A stretch of DNA of 64,000 nucleotides. Origin: Eledone cirrhosa. Its lineage: Eukaryota. The position numbers and the translations under genes were made by a program. Under the pieces are notes generated by a model. It saw only the letters and a list, made by a program, of their open reading frames with translations. It had not been told where the DNA came from and ran no database searches. How positions within the stretch are numbered: position 1 is the first letter of the stretch; every line of letters begins with the position of its first letter. Location of the stretch: contig OZ024741.1 of NCBI GenBank assembly GCA_964016885.1, positions 266,042,001 through 266,106,000 on the forward strand, read 5' to 3'. Shown here one piece after another: positions 26,040-39,361 of the stretch.

Positions 26040-26452
26040 ATACTTTGGGAGGGTCATGTTGCCAATAAGAAACACAATCTCCAGTTGCTTTCACTCCAAT
26101 TTATTATAAATTAAAACATTTTAAAAAATAAAAAAATGTATAAATTTATAAATTTCCGGCTAGTTGGTTGGTTCCACAACCGGACGGTTGTTCATATATT
26201 GTCAAAGTTCTTTCGTCACACATTCTGTGACCTCTTCAGTGACTGGGGATTCTTTTCTTTGTTTTGTGCCTCTCCTTTGTTCTGTCCTACGCCATCTTGT
26301 TTTTTTTTTTAAATTTTAATTCATAATAAATTGTAGTGAAAGCAACTGGTGCGTTTGTTTCTTATTGGCAACATGACCCTCCCAAAGTATAACAATATCG
26401 GTTTCAACACACGTTTTCAGATAAAGAATCTTGCTACACAAATTCAGAAACG
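26036..26452 (+). mobile_element. Fold-back PLE-like insertion, family D copy 1 (HHR at 26201-26244 on -)
   Basis: Begins GTTATACTTTGGGAGGGTC and ends GACCCTCCCAAAGTATAAC + ~58-nt tail; same ends as 48877 and 60677 copies. Confidence 0.85.
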
Positions 26453-26561
26453 ATATATATATATATATATATAATTTTCCAAGAGGGTTAAATTATATAT
26501 TTGAAAAGATTCATACTCTGGTGAGTTATGGTCCACCTGGTACCTTACCACATCCTCTTTG

Positions 26562-26627
<66 letters not shown>

Positions 26628-27120
26628 GTAAATAACAAGAAATAAAAACAATAACAAACAGTGCAGTACGAACAGTGTGGTATTAGGTTCACGCTTGAGA
26701 GTGGGGGTGGGGGACGACGTTTCGGGCATAAGTCCTTCATCAGGAGAAAAGTGGGAAGGAAAAGATTTCCGAGAGTGTGAGGGGGAGTGGTGGAAATATA
26801 TTAAAAGGAAGGAAAAAAATTTAAAAGGATGGAAAAAAATTAAAATGAAAACAAGTGGTGAAAGGGTGTGAGGCGTGTAGAGGTGGTGGTGGGTGGATGG
26901 AGGGAGGGAGAGAGGGGTAGAAGGAAACAAGGGGTCCGAGCGGGGAGGGCGGAAGGTGGTGTGTGTGTATGTGTGTAGGTGTATGTGTGTGTATGTGTGG
27001 ATGTGAGTGTGAGAGTTTGGGGAAGAACGATTTCCGTGTTAGGGTAATAGGAAAACCAGAGTGTACATGGGGTGGGGTGTAAGTCAGTGTATGCGTGTGG
27101 ATGGAGAGGGGTCGGAGAGA

Positions 27121-27528
27121 GTTTGTAAAATAAGTTGGATTATTTTGAATAAATAATGAATGAATATTACATAATTTATCTACTAAATTTCGTTATTCTT
27201 GATTAAATATAAATAAAATTGTTGCTTATTTTAAGATTCACTTCTTTAAAATGTTCAAATGTCAACACTTCCGGTTAACGATCACTTAAATAAACATTCA
27301 TATATTTCCGTCACTAATTTTCTCCTAATACAGTTTATATATAATATCTCTTTTTTAATGTATCATGGATTACGTTACTGTGTACCATGGATTACATTAC
27401 TGTGTATATTGTCAATTACGATTTTATTTGATGTATCATATCTACATGCATATATACTTGCGTATAATATCAATATGCACACTACACATGCTAGCAAAAA
27501 CCCACCCGAAGGGTGGCTTTTCTGATAG
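27121..27528 (+). mobile_element. 5'-truncated non-autonomous Helitron-like element
   Basis: Homologous to 28133-28570 in opposite orientation; terminal hairpin CCACCC-GAA-GGGTGG then TTTTCTGATAG. Confidence 0.6.
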
Positions 27529-27796
27529 TATATATAACTTCTAATTTTCCAAGGGGGTTAAATTATACGCACACACACACATACGCGAACACTAGATTAA
27601 GAATGGGAAAGTTATATCAGTAGATCTTTGCAAATTCTTGATTATTTTCAAAATGATATGAAAAACATTGCATCATTGTATGTAAGAACTTTTAAGTTAT
27701 GTTTCAAACACCAACTTAATGAAAAAGTTAGTTAAACCCTTCTAAATATTTCATTAGAAATATGGTAACAAAAGAGTTAAAGTATTTATATTATAT

Positions 27797-27985
27797 AATT
27801 GTTTCTACTTTTGGCATAAGGCCAACAATTACTCAGTGCATTAGTGGTACTTTATTTTATCGATCCCGTAAGGATGAAAGGCAAAGTTAACCTTGGCGGA
27901 TTTGAATTCAGAATGAAAAGGGCCGTAACTCTATGCGTCAAAGCATGGCGTCCGACCTTCTACCTATACTGCCAATCTACCGCCA
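27797..27985 (-). mobile_element. tRNA-derived SINE, full length
   Basis: Reverse complement of the 7596-7785 family. Confidence 0.88.
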
Positions 27986-28132
27986 TTTGAATTATATAAT
28001 ACTATGCAGGAACATTTGTTAAGTTATGTTTCACATACCAACTTAATGAGAAAGCTAGCCAAATTCTTCTAAATACTGCATTATTTTCAAAATAATTTTA
28101 TAACCCATTTGCAGTATCTTTCATTAGAAATA

Positions 28133-28631
28133 TTAGCAGAAAAACCAACTTCGGGTGGTTTTCTGCTAGCATGTGTAGTGTGTATATTGATATTATACGC
28201 AAGTATATATACATGTAGATATGATACATCAAATAAAATCGTAATTGACAATATACACAAAAATCGAACGAAGTGTATGTTACACTGTCTTATGTAATCA
28301 GTAACTTAATCCATGATACATTAAAAAAAAAGACGATATTATATATAAACTGCATTAGGAGAAAATTAGCGACGGAAATATATGCGATATTTTTACAAGT
28401 GTTATAATATAACGGCCGCTAACCGGAAGTGTTGACATTTCAAAATGTTAAAGAAGTGAATTTTTAAATAAGCTATAAAATATATTTAATCAACAGCCAC
28501 AAAATTTAGCACATAAATTATGTAATATTCATTCATTATTTATTCAAAGTAATCCAACTTATTTTACAAACGGGGTAAAAAAAATATATTCTGGACGCAA
28601 TCCCGCACTCCTTTCTTTATTATAGTTAAGA
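28133..28631 (-). mobile_element. Non-autonomous Helitron-like element
   Basis: 5' TCTTAACTATAATAAAG, 3' hairpin followed by CTAA, inserted between A and T with no TSD. Confidence 0.7.
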
Positions 28632-29264
28632 TAGTAAATACAGTAATGAAAGGATTAAATCTTGCCGCTGAATTTAGTTTAGTGTGTTTCGCCTGACATC
28701 GTTGTTGATTTCGTATTTTTTTAACGAGTTGATCTCCACATTCTTTCCTTTGTAAGTCTTACTGTTGCTTCTGTTGTAGTACTTATATAAAACACAATAT
28801 GACTATAGTAAAGTATATACAGTGTATTCTTACAGTAATGGCACGAAATTATTCACATTATCTCGCATAGTTTCTAGAATGTCAAATGTCACTAACTTAT
28901 AGAGATGTGTATATGCATGTATATATATATGTTACGTGTATATATGTGTGTACATATATGAGTATATATATATGTGTGTATATATATATATATGTGTATG
29001 TGCATATATGTGTATATATATGCGTGTATGGGTTATCTTGCTTTCTTTTAAGATACGCATGTCTATTTTATGAATACATATGTGTGTGATTATGTGTGTA
29101 CGTAAGTATGTATGTACATACATATATATATACGTGTGTGTGTGTGTGTGTGTGTGTGTATCTATCTACTTATATATATATATAGTTCAATTTTTTATGG
29201 TTAACTGAAACTAAAATAGTACATATATACACGCGAAATATGACGGAAAAAAGTGACATAACCG

Positions 29265-29438
<174 letters not shown>

Positions 29439-29660
29439 GCGGGGTGACTTCTAATCTAGCCTTTAATTATTCGTTCTTTCAAAGCTCTGACACCGGAAAT
29501 CCGTATACTTTTTTTTTTCTTTTTTTTTTATTATGTTGTTTTTCTAGTTTCCCCTATCAGGCTCCTTGTCGTCTGCCGAACATGATACACGAAACACCGA
29601 GCAGCGCCACAGAATAAAGCTATATATATATATATAAAATAAACCTATAAATATATGCAT

Positions 29661-29738
<78 letters not shown>

Positions 29739-29798
29739 ATATTATATATATATTATATATATATATAATATAATATATATATTATATATATATAAAGA

Positions 29799-29826
<28 letters not shown>

Positions 29827-29830
<4 letters not shown>

Positions 29831-30042
29831 AAGGAACTTTAGCTTGATAACGGGGTTTAGAACCCTGAGATAAATGGAAAAATATGAGTATTGACGTACA
29901 TGTACGTCAATACTCATCTTTTTCCATTTATCTCAGGGTTCTAAACCCCGTTATCAAGCTAAAGTTCCTTTAGTAAAAAATACGGTGAAAGCTATATATT
30001 TTCTAATTTCAAACTCGCTCACTGTTTCAAAACATACTGACT

Positions 30043-30047
<5 letters not shown>
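29827..30047 (+). mobile_element. Fold-back insertion, family E (74-bp arms, zero spacer, ~70-nt tail)
   Basis: Palindrome centred at 29900/29901 with one mismatch; (TA)n on both sides. Confidence 0.8.
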
Positions 30048-30088
<41 letters not shown>

Positions 30089-30148
30089 ATATATATATAT
30101 ATATATACGTATGTATGTATATATATATATGTATATATATGTATATAT

Positions 30149-30752
30149 GTCAGGTCACCAGTTGGTGCTACTGGTAACATGTATCCCAGTACAACCTGTC
30201 CCATGGTCGGGTCGTTGGCGACTAAACTGGCAACCCTACCAAGGTTTCTTGGTGAGGAGGGTGACTTTGGACATCCTGCAGGACTAAAAACAAAACCTGT
30301 CAAAGGGCAAAGGAGCTCTTAAGAGTCAATGGCCATCCAAAATCACCGGGAGAGATGACCCCTTAGCCTTTGTAAAGGCAGAATTCTAGGAGAAGGAAAA
30401 CTCTGATATAACACCTGTAACCCTGATGGTATCCAATGATGTTGACTTGTTCTTTTTGGTAAATATCATCTTGGTTAAGAGAGTGGGACTGGCTTTGTGC
30501 AGTGCCTTTGTTCACTATAAAACCTTCACGGCACAGGCATTACTTTATATCTGGAGATCTCTCTGCACTTGTCGTCACATGGTACCATGGGCCCAACACT
30601 ATGTGTCAATAATTGTCAGAAGTGTAGTGTTTGTACCAGAGTTTTCAAGTCGCTGGCTGGACTAAAAAGTCACACTCGTTCAGCGCATCGGTAGGGGTTC
30701 TCCTACATGGATATAAAGTAGTGGCCGTACTCGAAAACGAGTTGGCAGCCAC
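30149..30752 (+). mobile_element. Short non-autonomous RTE-related retroelement, copy 1
   Basis: Contains RTE 5'UTR-type motif CTAGGAGAAGGAAAACTCTGA; ends in (TATG)n; close copy at 44561-45157 (-). Confidence 0.65.
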
Positions 30753-31278
30753 CATATATGTATGTATGTATTTATGCGTTAACTAGTTTTCATATAAGGA
30801 CTACACAGAAGTCACTTTAACATTAGTCTATTAGTACTGCAGAGCGGAGATAGAAAAAGTCTGAACATACCGGGAAAACCAATAAAACTATATATATTAT
30901 ATCAAAAATAGACCAAAGTACAATGACAAAATATCCAATTTCACGTACTCTCTCACACACACATACATCACACAAACACACACACATATGTATATTGGTC
31001 ACTGCCCAGCCACGTTCATGAAAAACCGCGTATGTTAATGGTTCTTATATAAATGTGCCTACGTACGTCGATGTATTTTTAGATAGAATAATGTTAGGTA
31101 CTTTGGGAGAGTGAAATAACTTGTCTTTATGTCTCCTCCGAATACATCGTTCATACAATATCTTAACTTATTCATGAGAATTGCACCATTTATGCATAGG
31201 TTTCCGATATTTCGTTCAGTGGTTTCTATAATCACACATACACACATATATACGGATGTATGTGTGTATGTGTGTGTG

Positions 31279-31403
<125 letters not shown>

Positions 31404-31702
31404 CAACAGTTACAAGAACACCATGGTCATCGGCTGTCGAAAATTTAAATTTCAAAAAGTGAGCGACAAAATATATCCGGCTCCAACTAGTTTCTTTATT
31501 AATATTTTGACGAAGGAATCGCATGCCGAAATACAAAGAAAAAAACTGTAAATAACAGCGAGATTATCATTATACCTTTAAGATTTAGTATCAAATTAAA
31601 CATTGTGATAGCCTTCAAACGAAATACTATTATATATATATATATATATAGATATAGATATATAAAGATATATATATATTATAAAGATATATATATATAT
31701 AT

Positions 31703-31910
31703 ATAGGAACGAGTAGGACCCCGACGGCTGAGCTCAAGCCGTTTCGACGGCTAATTCTGGACTCTAACTCTGGCGTCCAGAATTAGCCGTCGAAACGGCT
31801 TGAGCTCAGCCGTCGGGGTCCTACTTGTTCCTATTACCCACTCTACTACCCTAAGTATTGAGTACTTCGGTGCGTTATGGTCCACCTGGTTCCTTACCAA
31901 ATTTCCTTCG

Positions 31911-31912
<2 letters not shown>
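31703..31912 (+). mobile_element. Fold-back PLE-like insertion, family F copy 1 (3' half of an HHR: GAAACGGCT...AGCCGTC-GGGGT)
   Basis: Inverted arms plus ~75-nt tail; further copies at 41821-41982 and 42095-42290, relatives at 48605-48787 and 59855-59993. Confidence 0.82.
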
Positions 31913-31991
<79 letters not shown>

Positions 31992-31994
<3 letters not shown>

Positions 31995-32230
31995 AAAGAG
32001 ATGAAATCGAAAATGCAACTGGAGTCTTATTTTTAAAAAAAATATATATATTTATTTGGTTCCTTTACCGGTTTCGCAGTTCTTCTGCTTTTCAAAAGGT
32101 GAGTTGAGATGGAAGGTCTGTGGTTTTTCTCACATCTCCAGTTGCATTTTCGATTTCATCTCTTTTTCTTTATACTTTCACTCGTGTAGGACACCTCGGT
32201 TATTTTTCATTTTGTAAAAAAAAACCTCAC

Positions 32231-32236
<6 letters not shown>
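31992..32236 (+). mobile_element. Fold-back insertion, family A copy 2 (long inverted arm, short sense arm)
   Basis: Same outer ends and tail as 8526-8880, different inner junction. Confidence 0.85.
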
Positions 32237-32281
<45 letters not shown>

Positions 32282-32387
32282 GTATATATATGTGTGTGTG
32301 TATATATATACATATATACATAGAGAGAGAAAAACATAGAGAGAGAGACGGAAATAGAAATAGAGAATATTAATTATAAGGAGCAGG

Positions 32388-32601
32388 TGGATTGGTAGTA
32401 TCGGTAGAGGGTCGGACGCTATGCTTTGCAGCATTGAGTTACGGCCGGCCCTTTATGATCTGAGTTCAAATCCCGCTAAGGTTAACTTTGCCTTTCATCC
32501 TTACCGGGTCGATAAAATAAAGTACCAGTAACGCAATGGGGTCGATTTAATCGACTTTCCTTTTCCCCCAAATTGTTAGCCTTGTGCCTAAATGAGAAAC
32601 C
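32388..32601 (+). mobile_element. tRNA-derived SINE with 19-bp target-site duplication
   Basis: ATTAATTATAAGGAGCAGG at 32369-32387 and 32602-32620. Confidence 0.9.
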
Positions 32602-32905
32602 ATTAATTATAAGGAGCAGGACGAAGTATAAAAAAAATATTATTGCGTATATTCACACGTGACACCCGCTTCGCGGCACGATCGGTAGTGATCGCGTCTG
32701 ACTCTGGAAGCGATAGCTCATCAGACTTGTCGAATCTTGAATGACTGTATCTCTGCAACAACGTCATATATACCTAAGACGTTACTAATTCATATTCAAT
32801 CAGGAGAGAACATTACCTGAGCTGATCGTTCGCGAAACGCGCGTCACGTGTGAATACATGCAATGATGTTATATTTATGCTGCGTCCCTGCTCCTTATTA
32901 TTAAT
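32602..32905. mobile_element. MITE with ~80-bp imperfect TIRs
   Basis: TAAGGAGCAGG...ATTCACACGTGAC mirrored by GTCACGTGTGAAT...CCTGCTCCTTA. Confidence 0.7.
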
Positions 32906-32989
32906 ATTATCAACACTTTACTTCTTAAAAATTCTGACTACGGTGAAATACCGAACGTGAATTCCATACCACATCGGACTCATATTAAC

Positions 32990-33290
32990 AATGAGTGCTC
33001 ACAATCATAAGGTTGTTGAGTTCGATTCCCGGCTGTACGTTGTGTCCTTGAGCAAGACACTTTATTTCACGTTACTTCAGTCCACTCAGCTGGCAAATAT
33101 TTCTTGTACCTGTAATTCGAAGGGCCAGCCTTGTCACATTCTGTGTCGCGCTGAATCTCTCGGAGAACTACGTTAAGGATACGTGTGTTTGTGGAATGCT
33201 CAGCCACTTACACGTTAATTTCACGAGCTGGCTGTTCTGTTGATCAGATCAACTGGAACACTCGTCGTCGTAATTGACGGAGTGCCAGTA
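32990..33290 (+). mobile_element. CORE-like SINE
   Basis: B box GAGTTCGATTCC, GTTGTGTCCTTGAGCAAGACACTT core; relatives at 40285-40440 (+), 41280-41350, 46640-47060 (-). Confidence 0.8.
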
Positions 33291-33385
33291 ATATATATAT
33301 ATATTACTAGTTTCTATGGAGCGCTTGCCACACATCTCGGAAGTTGTTTTTCGCTATTTTCCAATAGCCGAAATTCTCACTAATT

Positions 33386-33545
<160 letters not shown>

Positions 33546-33601
33546 GGCTCTGATACCATCAACACTATAAACACAGAGCTGGCATATCTAAGAACTGACT
33601 A

Positions 33602-33657
33602 ACTGCCTGATGAGGTCATAGCCATTCAATGGTTATCATCGAAATATATATAGCAGT
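33602..33657 (+). ncRNA. Type I hammerhead ribozyme in a 160-bp insert between (GT)n and (TA)n
   Basis: ACTGC-CTGATGA-ggtcATAGCCAttcaaTGGTTATcatc-GAAA-TATATA-TA-GCAGT. Confidence 0.85.
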
Positions 33658-33698
33658 AAATAAAGGATTATGAGTTCATGCAATTGACTTATGTTTCG

Positions 33699-33737
<39 letters not shown>

Positions 33738-34172
33738 GACGGTGAAACTGAAAGAACCGGGGGGGGGGGGGGGCATGCCCCCACCCCCCAAATATTTATG
33801 TATTTTCTCTCCAAACTACCAAAACACATCGATTTGTATATGCGCTGCAATTTATGTAATGTTATGTTGAGACAGATTGGAGAGATAGATATAGATATAG
33901 AGAGGGGGAGAGTTTGGTGGTAATTGATATATATTTCTATTTATTTGCCACCAGGGCATCAAAGATTGGGACAAATACAAAGGGGGGAGTTTACATACAT
34001 TTAAAAAGACGTGTAAAAAACATATAACAAATTAAATTTAACAATCGATGTCCTCAATAGAGAGGGGCGTTGACATGGGTCGCACACACCCCCGAAAAAA
34101 TGTGCAACCCACCTCTTCAGGAGCACAAAGAGCGGGTGCTTCCTTCCTCTTCTCATTCTTCTTCTCTCTCAC

Positions 34173-37100
34173 CTACAGGCTGATATAGAGAGAAGGCCCA
34201 TTCACTCGGGCCATTCTCGCTACTTTCACCCATCTTTCATAAAACTTGCTGGGGTAGAGCACCTCTCTCTCCATTCTGATCCTTCTTCTAAAGTGGTACT
34301 TGAAAAAAAAGACCAGTTGTTGGCCGGAGAGAAAGGTGTCTGACCTCAGCCCTTTCAACCTTGTCCACCATACAACTTCTTTCACCATAGCTATCACACA
34401 GAGGAAAACCGCCTCTCCTTCGTTTTTGAAAAGGGGAGGCGGTTTGATCGTGACAATGTTCTCGGTGGTCAACCGGATTGGTCCCACCCGCGACAGTAGT
34501 CGTTCCACATAGCCCCACAGGTCAGCAACGCCCGGGCAGTGTACGAATGCGTGTGCGATGGTTTCCTCGTCACGCACGCATCTCGGACAGATCTTCTTCG
34601 AGGGGTCCCTACCCGGGCGCCCGTGTCTGTAGAGCTTGTCCCGAACGGGTAGAGCTCCTCGATAACATTGCCAAGCCAGGGACTTTTGGAAGTTGTCCAT
34701 CGGTCCCGGGCCAAACGTCCTACCGAATAGACTGGCCAGCTCATCTTCCTCTATGCCCAGAGCCTCTCCGAGAGCGTCGTCGCACTTACTGCGCACCAAC
34801 CCTCTATAGAATAATGAGGTTGAGTCTACACTGATTGCCGGATCCGCTTGCCAGAGGGCCGTGAGCGCCTGGGCACATTCAATGTGCCAGTCGCCCACTT
34901 TTCTCGGTCTTTGCTTGACCCAGGATTGCAGCTCGGTGAGTGAGACGAGTCTCGGAAAGGCTCGCCTCACAAACAGGGCCCACACCGGCTGACTGGTGAG
35001 GAATACCTGGAGGTGCCGTAGCCTTAATGCGTGTCTACGCATCGTCAGCCACGGCATCTCCAGCCCTCCGTTAGAAGGGTGTTGACAGCAGATGGATCTT
35101 CTCACCAAAGGAGCCCGCTTCTTCCAAAGAAATCGGAAGAGCGCGCGCTCCATTTTGGCGAGTGTTTTCTCTAGGCAAGGCACGACGGTCAAGCGGTAGT
35201 AGGTGACGGACGCTATATAAGCGTTCGCCACCTCTATTCGACCTTTCAGGGATAGTTTGCACTCGGCCCACTTCTGGGCGAGTGCAAACACCTTGCCCGT
35301 TACCTCGTCCCAGTTTTTCTCCACCTGGAGGTCCGGTCCTAACCAGACCCCGAGCAGCTTCACCGGTCCCTCCGTCCAGCGTCCGACGATGCCGTAGGAG
35401 GGCATCGGTTTTCCCCTCCACGTCCCGAGTTGCAAACCGACGGACTTGTCCCGGTTCAGCTTGGCTCCTGTGAACCTTTCATATTCCTCCAGTAAGGTGC
35501 CGATCTGCCCGATTTCCGAGGCGCACGACACCATTACTGTCACGTCATCGGCGTAGGCCGACACCGCTTTCCGCAATCCCGGTTCCAAGGAGATGCCCTG
35601 CAACAGCTCCAGCTTCCGCAGTAGTGGCTCAGGAGGGAAAAGAGAGGGCATCCCTGTCGGATGGATCGCGTAATTTGGAATGGCTCCGAGAGGTAGCCGT
35701 TTACCTTGACCCTCGAGCAGGTGTTGCTGCTGTGCATTGCAGCAATCCAGCCCCTGAAAACGGGCCCGAAGCCTGCCGCCGCGAGCACCGCATCCAGGTA
35801 CCGATGGTCAACCCTACCCTCTCTACGATGTATCGCATGAGGTGGAGGTTGTCGTGTATGGACCTGGACTGGATTGCGCATGTCTGCGCTTCTCTCACCA
35901 GGTTCTCGACGACAAGAACCAACCTCTTCGCTAACACCTTGGCCAAAATCTTTAACTGTGTTTAGCAGATTATGGGCCTGAAGTTATCTATGTCATTCCC
36001 CTTGTTTTCGTCCTTCCTCACCAGCGTGACTACGCCCTTGGTCACAGAACTGGGAATTCTCCCGTTCTGTTGCCAGTTGCAGTAGACCGCCTCGAGGAGA
36101 CCGGAGAACAAGCCCGGCATCGCTACATAAAGTTCGTATGGTAGACCATCGAGTCCCGGAGATTTGCGTTTGCCGCATTGGCTCAGCGCTTCCCCTATTT
36201 CAGCGGCTGAAATCGGCCTCTCGCAGGACTTGGCCTCCCCGTCCGAGAGCCGCGCCAGACCGTCGAGGTATGGACCGAAATCCATGGCCCCACCCGGCCA
36301 GCCGCCCCTCCCGAACATTCGTGCAAAGCGCCGTTGAAAGGCCGCGCTCATCCGCTCAGGTTCAAGGATCACACGTCCATCCTGGTCCTTCAAAGACCGA
36401 ATCGTGAACTTGTTTCCACTTTTTGCCTCTGTCACTCGGGCCCAGCTAACAGCTTTGGCTCCCTCGTTACCCAGAGCACGTATTTTACTCCTGACAACGC
36501 AGCCCTCGTGCTTCGCATCAAAGAACTGGTCTAGGGCCGTTCCTGACGCCAGCACGCCGGCCACGTTGCCACTCCTAATCGCCTCTTCTACTCTATTTAT
36601 TAATTCCCTTTCAGTTCTATTCCTATCTGATGCTAATTCCCGACTAAAACCTATCGATTCTATTCTAATTTCTCTCTTGACAATTACTGTTGACAATTAC
36701 CCCCGTCAAACGCTGCTTAACTAGTGTGCTAATCCGCTTACTGTAAGCTTTGTTTGTCGGCAAAGACAAGTTTAACTTCCAGTAACCGGGTCCCTGTCTA
36801 TGAGTTCTATCAAGGTTGACCACTCCGGTCACCAACTTGTGATCCGAATAGTCAACCATGAACATTCGTGGACAGCTTAATATGTCCCTATCCTTATTTC
36901 TAACTAGGAACATATCTAGGTACGACCTAGATGTGCCGCTACGATTAGTCCACGTCCACAGTGGCACAGTCGGAAAATCTAGTCGATATCTATCGGCCAG
37001 ATCAAATCGGCCGATTAATCGTTTGAGGCTGTTACATCCCCCTCTATCGGGACATGCCCCTACATAGTCCCAACGTGCATCCAGGATACCATTCCAGTCC

Positions 37101-37518
37101 CCCACTAAAAGCAAGGAACGAGACGTTCCCAGGAAATTCTCCAAGCGTCGGAAGAAGTCCGGTCGCGGTGTCCCAGATGGGGGCATACGCTGCCACCAGC
37201 CTGAAAGCTCCACCTTCACCACTGCCGACGTCTAAAACCAGCAGTCGACCCTCCGGGTCCAGGTGTACCTTCTGTGTGGCAAGACCCAGGTATTTTCGCA
37301 GCAGAACGACAACCCACCCCGACCCCTTGGCTGAAAGATAGATGCGTAGATCTCAAAGTCGTCGAAGATGGGGGCCAGTTGCCGCTCGTTGCTGATCCTG
37401 GACTCGCAAATAACCATTACATCCACTCTGTGCGACTTGAGGTCATTTAAGAGTTTTCCCTGTTTCCAGGACATCCCCAGGCCGCGTCATTCACACATCC
37501 AACTCTTATATTGGCCAT
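34173..37518 (-). pseudogene. L1/Tx1 ORF2 (APE + RT + Cys/His C-terminal domain), frameshifted
   Basis: GDWNG, SYLDMFL, YSDHK, KSPGLDGLPYE, NFRPI, IRQGCP, AYADD, CPRC...ETIAHAFVHC. Confidence 0.93.
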
Positions 37519-37555
37519 GTTGGTGCTGAAGAGTTAAAAGGAAGAGGAAAGGAAA

Positions 37556-38295
37556 TTACTTACCTCTTCGTCTCTTGGGGACCAGGCTGCACAATTTCCA
37601 TGGGGGTGTTGGAAGGGTTGTTTGGTGGGGTGGTGGTTTGTGGTGGGGTGAGGATATCAGTGTGTGGTGGGATTAGGATGTTTGGTGGGGTGTGGTGTCT
37701 GGTGTGGGGTTGGGGAAACATCTCAATAGGACGCTGTTAAGTGGTTTGGTGCAGTTGGTCCCCACATGCATTGGATGGTTCTTTTTCAAAGTTACATAGG
37801 TTTCCGTTGGGACCCTAATCATCATTAGGTGCGGTTTGTTCGCTGCGTAGGTGAAAGTGATCCCTTCGGTTTCCACCGAAGGGTTATTTTCTATTGCTTT
37901 CATCAAAGTTTTGTTGTTCTTGTTAATGTATGTATAGAGTTTTTGTTGTGTTGTGTTTGTTTTTGTTTGTTGTTCTTGTGCGTGTTTGCGTTTTGTAGTA
38001 TGTGTTATGTTTTGGGGAGGGGTGGGTTTTTTTGTTTGTGATGTTTGTTCTGTTTGTGCTGGTGGTTGTGTGTTTGTAGCATTTTTGTTAATGTGGTGCC
38101 TTTTTTTTTTCTTTTCACCTGTTGAAAGGATTCTCCCTCGTCGTCACTGGGTGACGTTGATACGGAGTCCTCTTCCGTGTTGTTGGCGAGGGGTATATTT
38201 TGGGGTTTTGTAGTGGTTGCTTTTGTATTTGTTTTAGGTGAGGAGGGGTTGGGTGGAACAGTGTTTTGTGTTGTTATTTTTCCGTGTTGTTGTGG

Positions 38296-38329
<34 letters not shown>

Positions 38330-39361
38330 GGTGGTGGTGGTGGTGGTGGTGGTGGTGGTGGTGGTTGTGTTGTTGTGTTCGGGGTTGGCAGAAGAGCCTT
38401 TTTTTTTTTACTCGTTAATTGAGGACAGGATGCCCTCAGGTGACCCCTGCTTAAGCAGTGGTAACATGATGGCCGCCTTCCCTCCACTGAAATGTTTATA
38501 TAAGTTAGCCCGTCCAGAGGCACGCGTTGTGGGATATTCGCTATTCATTCTGGGCTCATTTGCACCAGAACTTCTACGCTGGTCCCACCAAATACACCTC
38601 CGTAGGACTTTCCTATTGAAATTATCCTGTCTTCATCAAAGTCAATGATTCCACATAGTATCCACCAAATATTTACATTTGGTGTGATACTCATGATTTT
38701 TATTCTTTGTGTCCTTTTTCCCCTGTATGTGGGGAAAAAGGTGAAGCGGGGGGACACAATGGGTGATACCGAGTATTTTTGTGCTGTTGACTGGTTATTC
38801 ATTAGCACCGAAATGCTACCAAACAGTTTTCCTTTTTGTATGAAGGTTATGTCCTTCATTGCATCTTTTAGAATAATTTTGTGATAATTGAGCTGGTTTT
38901 CTTGTTTCGTTCGATATTGTTCTGAAAACCAGTTTTCAGGACAGCCTCTCTACGTAATTCCTGTGGAGAATTGATGCTAAAAGCACCGTTTTCGCCAAAA
39001 GTCACAAATTGGTTTGCGTCTTGTAGTAGTTGTTTAGCATTTGTTATGTCAATTGGCGTGTATAGTTCGTTTTTTTTACAGTCTGTGCGAACGTTGTTTT
39101 GGTGCTGTTGTCTTTTTTGTTTCTGTTGTTGTTGTCACTGTTGGTAATATTGTTCATGTTTTCCTTGGTGTTGCTATTGTTGCAGTTGTTGGTTGTGGTG
39201 TTATTGTCATTGTTCTTGTTGTTGGTGTTGGTACTATTTACCGGGTTTGGTTTCGTCGTTTCAATATTTTCAACGTTTTTTGATAATGCGAGGGGGGAAG
39301 GCTGCAAGCTTTGTACTCCTACCTTCCCTCCACCACTTTTCTTAGTGAACGTGGCACTCAC
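37556..39361 (-). pseudogene. L1/Tx1 ORF1, frameshifted
   Basis: EGRRPSCYHCLSRGHLRASC knuckle; PTYRGKRT and NIWW.L shared with copy 1; ends RGK*. Confidence 0.8.

Noticed and set aside
29835-29875. TTGATAA...GAGA as a hammerhead
   Set aside because: Wrong strand relative to the tail, GAGA instead of GAAA, and no stem I or III partner
30149-30240. HDV-like ribozyme at the RTE-related 5' end
   Set aside because: I could not place P1, P1.1 and P3 in the required nested double-pseudoknot order by eye
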